Source of the DNA: Flavobacteriaceae bacterium | Lineage (GTDB): Bacteria > Bacteroidota > Bacteroidia > Flavobacteriales > Flavobacteriaceae | DNA length: 64,000 nt | NCBI GenBank assembly: GCA_049615925.1 | Contig: JBMZGM010000005.1 | Span: forward strand, 5,183 to 69,182 | Direction of reading: 5' to 3' | The notes under the pieces: model-generated | Database searches by the model: none | Seen by the model: the letters and a program-made list of their open reading frames with translations, nothing else | Told to the model about the DNA's origin: nothing | Made by a program: the position numbers and the translations under genes | Shown: positions 61,331 to 64,000 of the stretch, one piece after another | Layout: every line of letters begins with the position of its first letter | Position numbering within the stretch: the stretch's first letter is position 1

Positions 61331-63778
61331 ATGAAACACTTCTTAAACCTCCTCTCTTTTTTCTTTACTTTCAGCCTTTTTGCTCAACTCGAATCCCCAG
61401 AAGAATTTCTAGGCTATGAGTTAGGAACACAATTTACCCGTCACCATCAAGTGATTGACTATGTAAATCACGTGGCTCAAAATTCCCCTTTGGCTTTGAC
61501 AAAGCCCTACGGAAAAACCTACGAAGGAAGAACGCTTCAATTGGTTTACCTCTCCTCTGAAGAGAATTTAGCACAACTAGAACGCCTTAGAAAGGATCAC
61601 TTGAGAAGTATCGGCTATGAAAGCGGTGCTTTAGAAAGTGATAAAGAATTTAGTGTAGTTTGGCTGAGTTACAATGTACACGGTAATGAATCCACAAGTA
61701 CAGAAGCGGCTTTAAAAACCTTACATACACTAGTAACAGAAAAAAAAGACTGGCTAGAAAAGTTAGTCATTATAATGGATCCTTGTATTAATCCCGACGG
61801 TCGCGATCGTTATGTGAATTGGTACAATCAAGTTAAAAGCACTCCTTTTGACATCAACCCAAAAGCAAATGAGCACTTTGAAGACTGGCCAGGAGGGCGC
61901 TATAACCATTATTACCACGACCTGAACCGAGACTGGGCATGGTTAAGTCAAATTGAAAGTCAACAGCGCTTGCCACAATACCTTTCTTGGATGCCACAAA
62001 TCCATGTAGATTTTCATGAGCAAGGAGTGGATAGTCCATACTATTTTGCACCTGCCGTTGAACCTTATCACGAAGTATTAACCAATTTTCAACGCGAATT
62101 TCAAGTAACCATTGCCAAAAATCACGCTAAATACTTTGACAAAGAAGGGTGGCTCTACTTCACCGATGATGTTTTTGATTTACTCTATCCTGGTTATGGC
62201 GACACATATCCCATGTTCAATGGGGCCATAGGAATGACCTATGAACAAGGTGGAAGCGGTCGTGCTGGTCTAGGAATCCTCAACAGTGTAGGGGACGTAT
62301 TAAGCCTTAAAGATCGTATTGCACATCACTATACTAGTGGTTTATCAACCGTGGAAGTTGCCTATAATAATGTTGCTCAACTCAATAAAGAGTACCAAGC
62401 TTACCACGCAAAAAAGGAAAGTAAATTCAAGGCCTATGTCATCGAAGGGCAAGAAGATAAACTAGCTACCTTAGCCTCTTTGATGGAAGCCCATCAAATT
62501 CCCTTAAAGAAATTATCGCAACGAACTAGTGTTAAAGGAGTGGACTATAGCAGTCAAAAAACAACGAGTAAGGCTTTTTCTACTTCTGCCCTTGTCATTG
62601 ATGGTACAGGGAAAAAAAACAACCTAATTCAAGCCCTATTTGAACCAAAGACCTATATCGCCGACTCCTTGACGTATGACATCACCTCATGGTCACTTCC
62701 CTATGCACACGGTTTAAAAGCAATGGCGACAAACCAGAACCTGAAAACAGCGGCTTTCACTGTAGAGAAAGCAAACGCAGTAATTGACCCTTTGGCGTAT
62801 GCCTATGCAGCTGAGCGTAAAAGCATAGAAGATGGGAAATTATTAGCAGCATTAATCAAGGCAGATTTACGGGTGTATTATAACCAAGAACCGTTGACAA
62901 ACGGTGGGAAACGCTGGGATAGAGGGAGTGTATTTGTGTTAAGAGGTGAAAATAAACATCTGCCAAATCTCGCTGCAACCATCGAAAAAATCGCTGAAGA
63001 AACCCAACAGGAAATTAGCTCTCTTTCTTCTGGGTTTTCAGAAAAAGGACCCGATTTAGGCTCTAACAAAATGCGTTTTATTTCCAATAAAACCATAGGT
63101 ATTCTTAAGAGTGACAACGCGACTCCTGCAAGCTATGGCGAAATTTGGCATTTCTATGAGCAACAATTAGGTTATCCGTTGATTCAATTAAGCGAGAAGC
63201 GTTTAAACGAAGATTTCTTAGATGAGTTAGATGTATTAATTATCCCTTCGGGCTACTACCGTAATTTAATCGACAAAGAAGGAGAAAATGCATTAGCACA
63301 ATGGACCGAACGCGGCGGGAGAATTGTGGCTGTAGGGAATGCCGTAAGAAGTTTTGCAAACCATGAACTCTTCTCCTTAAAAAGAAAATCTAGTACAGAT
63401 AACAAAGAGGATATTGCTTATGGGGATCGCGAAAGAGAAAACATACGATCTTCCATTTATGGAAGTATCTACAAAGCGACTGTTGACCCCACTCACCCAT
63501 TAGCTGCAGGCTACACTGAAGATTATTTTACGCTTAAGACAAGTGCCGTGGCGTATGAATTATTGAGTAATTATGGTACAGCAGCATATTTGAGTAAAGG
63601 AGTGCAACCCTATGCTGGATTTAGTGGAGATAAAGCCATTAAAACGCAAAGTGAATCCTTGCTGTTTGGTACAGAACGCTTTGGGAGAGGATCGGTTGTT
63701 TATTTAGTGGATAACATCTTGTATCGCAGCTTTTGGGAAAACGGAAAACTATGGTTGGTTAATGCCATCTTTATGTAA
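61331..63778 (+). CDS. M14 family zinc carboxypeptidase-like protein (secreted, large C-terminal extension)
   Basis: 815-aa ORF with a signal peptide. It has an M14 zinc motif region (YNVHGNESTSTEA = HxxE), DPCINPDGRD, and HVDFHEQG. Confidence 0.8.
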   Translation: MKHFLNLLSFFFTFSLFAQLESPEEFLGYELGTQFTRHHQVIDYVNHVAQNSPLALTKPYGKTYEGRTLQLVYLSSEENLAQLERLRKDHLRSIGYESGALESDKEFSVVWLSYNVHGNESTSTEAALKTLHTLVTEKKDWLEKLVIIMDPCINPDGRDRYVNWYNQVKSTPFDINPKANEHFEDWPGGRYNHYYHDLNRDWAWLSQIESQQRLPQYLSWMPQIHVDFHEQGVDSPYYFAPAVEPYHEVLTNFQREFQVTIAKNHAKYFDKEGWLYFTDDVFDLLYPGYGDTYPMFNGAIGMTYEQGGSGRAGLGILNSVGDVLSLKDRIAHHYTSGLSTVEVAYNNVAQLNKEYQAYHAKKESKFKAYVIEGQEDKLATLASLMEAHQIPLKKLSQRTSVKGVDYSSQKTTSKAFSTSALVIDGTGKKNNLIQALFEPKTYIADSLTYDITSWSLPYAHGLKAMATNQNLKTAAFTVEKANAVIDPLAYAYAAERKSIEDGKLLAALIKADLRVYYNQEPLTNGGKRWDRGSVFVLRGENKHLPNLAATIEKIAEETQQEISSLSSGFSEKGPDLGSNKMRFISNKTIGILKSDNATPASYGEIWHFYEQQLGYPLIQLSEKRLNEDFLDELDVLIIPSGYYRNLIDKEGENALAQWTERGGRIVAVGNAVRSFANHELFSLKRKSSTDNKEDIAYGDRERENIRSSIYGSIYKATVDPTHPLAAGYTEDYFTLKTSAVAYELLSNYGTAAYLSKGVQPYAGFSGDKAIKTQSESLLFGTERFGRGSVVYLVDNILYRSFWENGKLWLVNAIFM

Positions 63779-63820
63779 TACATGGCATAAATTTTGTGAC
63801 TGGTGCATAAAAACACCCAA

Positions 63821-64000
63821 ATGAAAACTTCATTTACCCACTTCATTACAGGCTTTATCCTAAGTCTACTATTCGTTTCATGTAATCTGTTTACTGATGA
63901 AATCGTCGATGACCGTGAAATGGTCGATGTGGCCTATTTTGTCCCACAATATGAAACCACAAGCCAGTTGGCTGCTAAGGTTAGTATCGACGAACCTAAA
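63821..64000 (+). CDS. hypothetical lipoprotein, 5' fragment (runs off the window)
   Basis: ATG 63821. The reading frame is open to the window end: MKTSFTHFITGFILSLLFVSCNLFTDE.., with a signal peptide and lipobox (LFVSC). It is not in the ORF track because no stop is reached. Confidence 0.5.
   Translation, partial: MKTSFTHFITGFILSLLFVSCNLFTDEIVDDREMVDVAYFVPQYETTSQLAAKVSIDEPK

Overview
This is a dense chromosomal segment, almost entirely housekeeping genes. Gene content and synteny look like a Flavobacteriia (Bacteroidota) genome, roughly 40% G+C by eye. Genes recognised include lepB, mutL, ribH, recF, ndk, nrnA, a GldI-like FKBP lipoprotein, a cyclophilin-FKBP fusion, two secreted amidohydrolases, relA/spoT-fur-purA, aroE, mazG-def-ruvX, dapD-tsaC-cca-ctaA, uvrB, sucC, lysA, mnmA, yidC, pyrG, guaA, bshC, and S10 and M14 peptidases. 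Genes are tightly packed: many start/stop overlaps (ATGA, TAATG), and five convergent pairs share overlapping stop codons. I recognised no rRNA, tRNA, CRISPR array, transposase or integrase. The one clearly non-core stretch is a strongly AT-rich islet of about 2.2 kb (32.4-34.6 kb) between the DUF349 gene and mazG, read entirely on the minus strand. It holds a 79-aa ORF overlapping a small HTH regulator, then three tightly packed small ORFs that are below the ORF-track cutoff. The middle one has a double-glycine-type bacteriocin leader but no ATG in front of the leader. A strong terminator follows, then a CPBP/Abi-type intramembrane protease gene whose three catalytic motifs are intact but whose frame is broken by an in-frame TGA. 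My reading is an uncharacterised, possibly decaying, bacteriocin/immunity-like mini-locus. This rests on motif recognition only and needs database and experimental checks. Other observations are lower interest.
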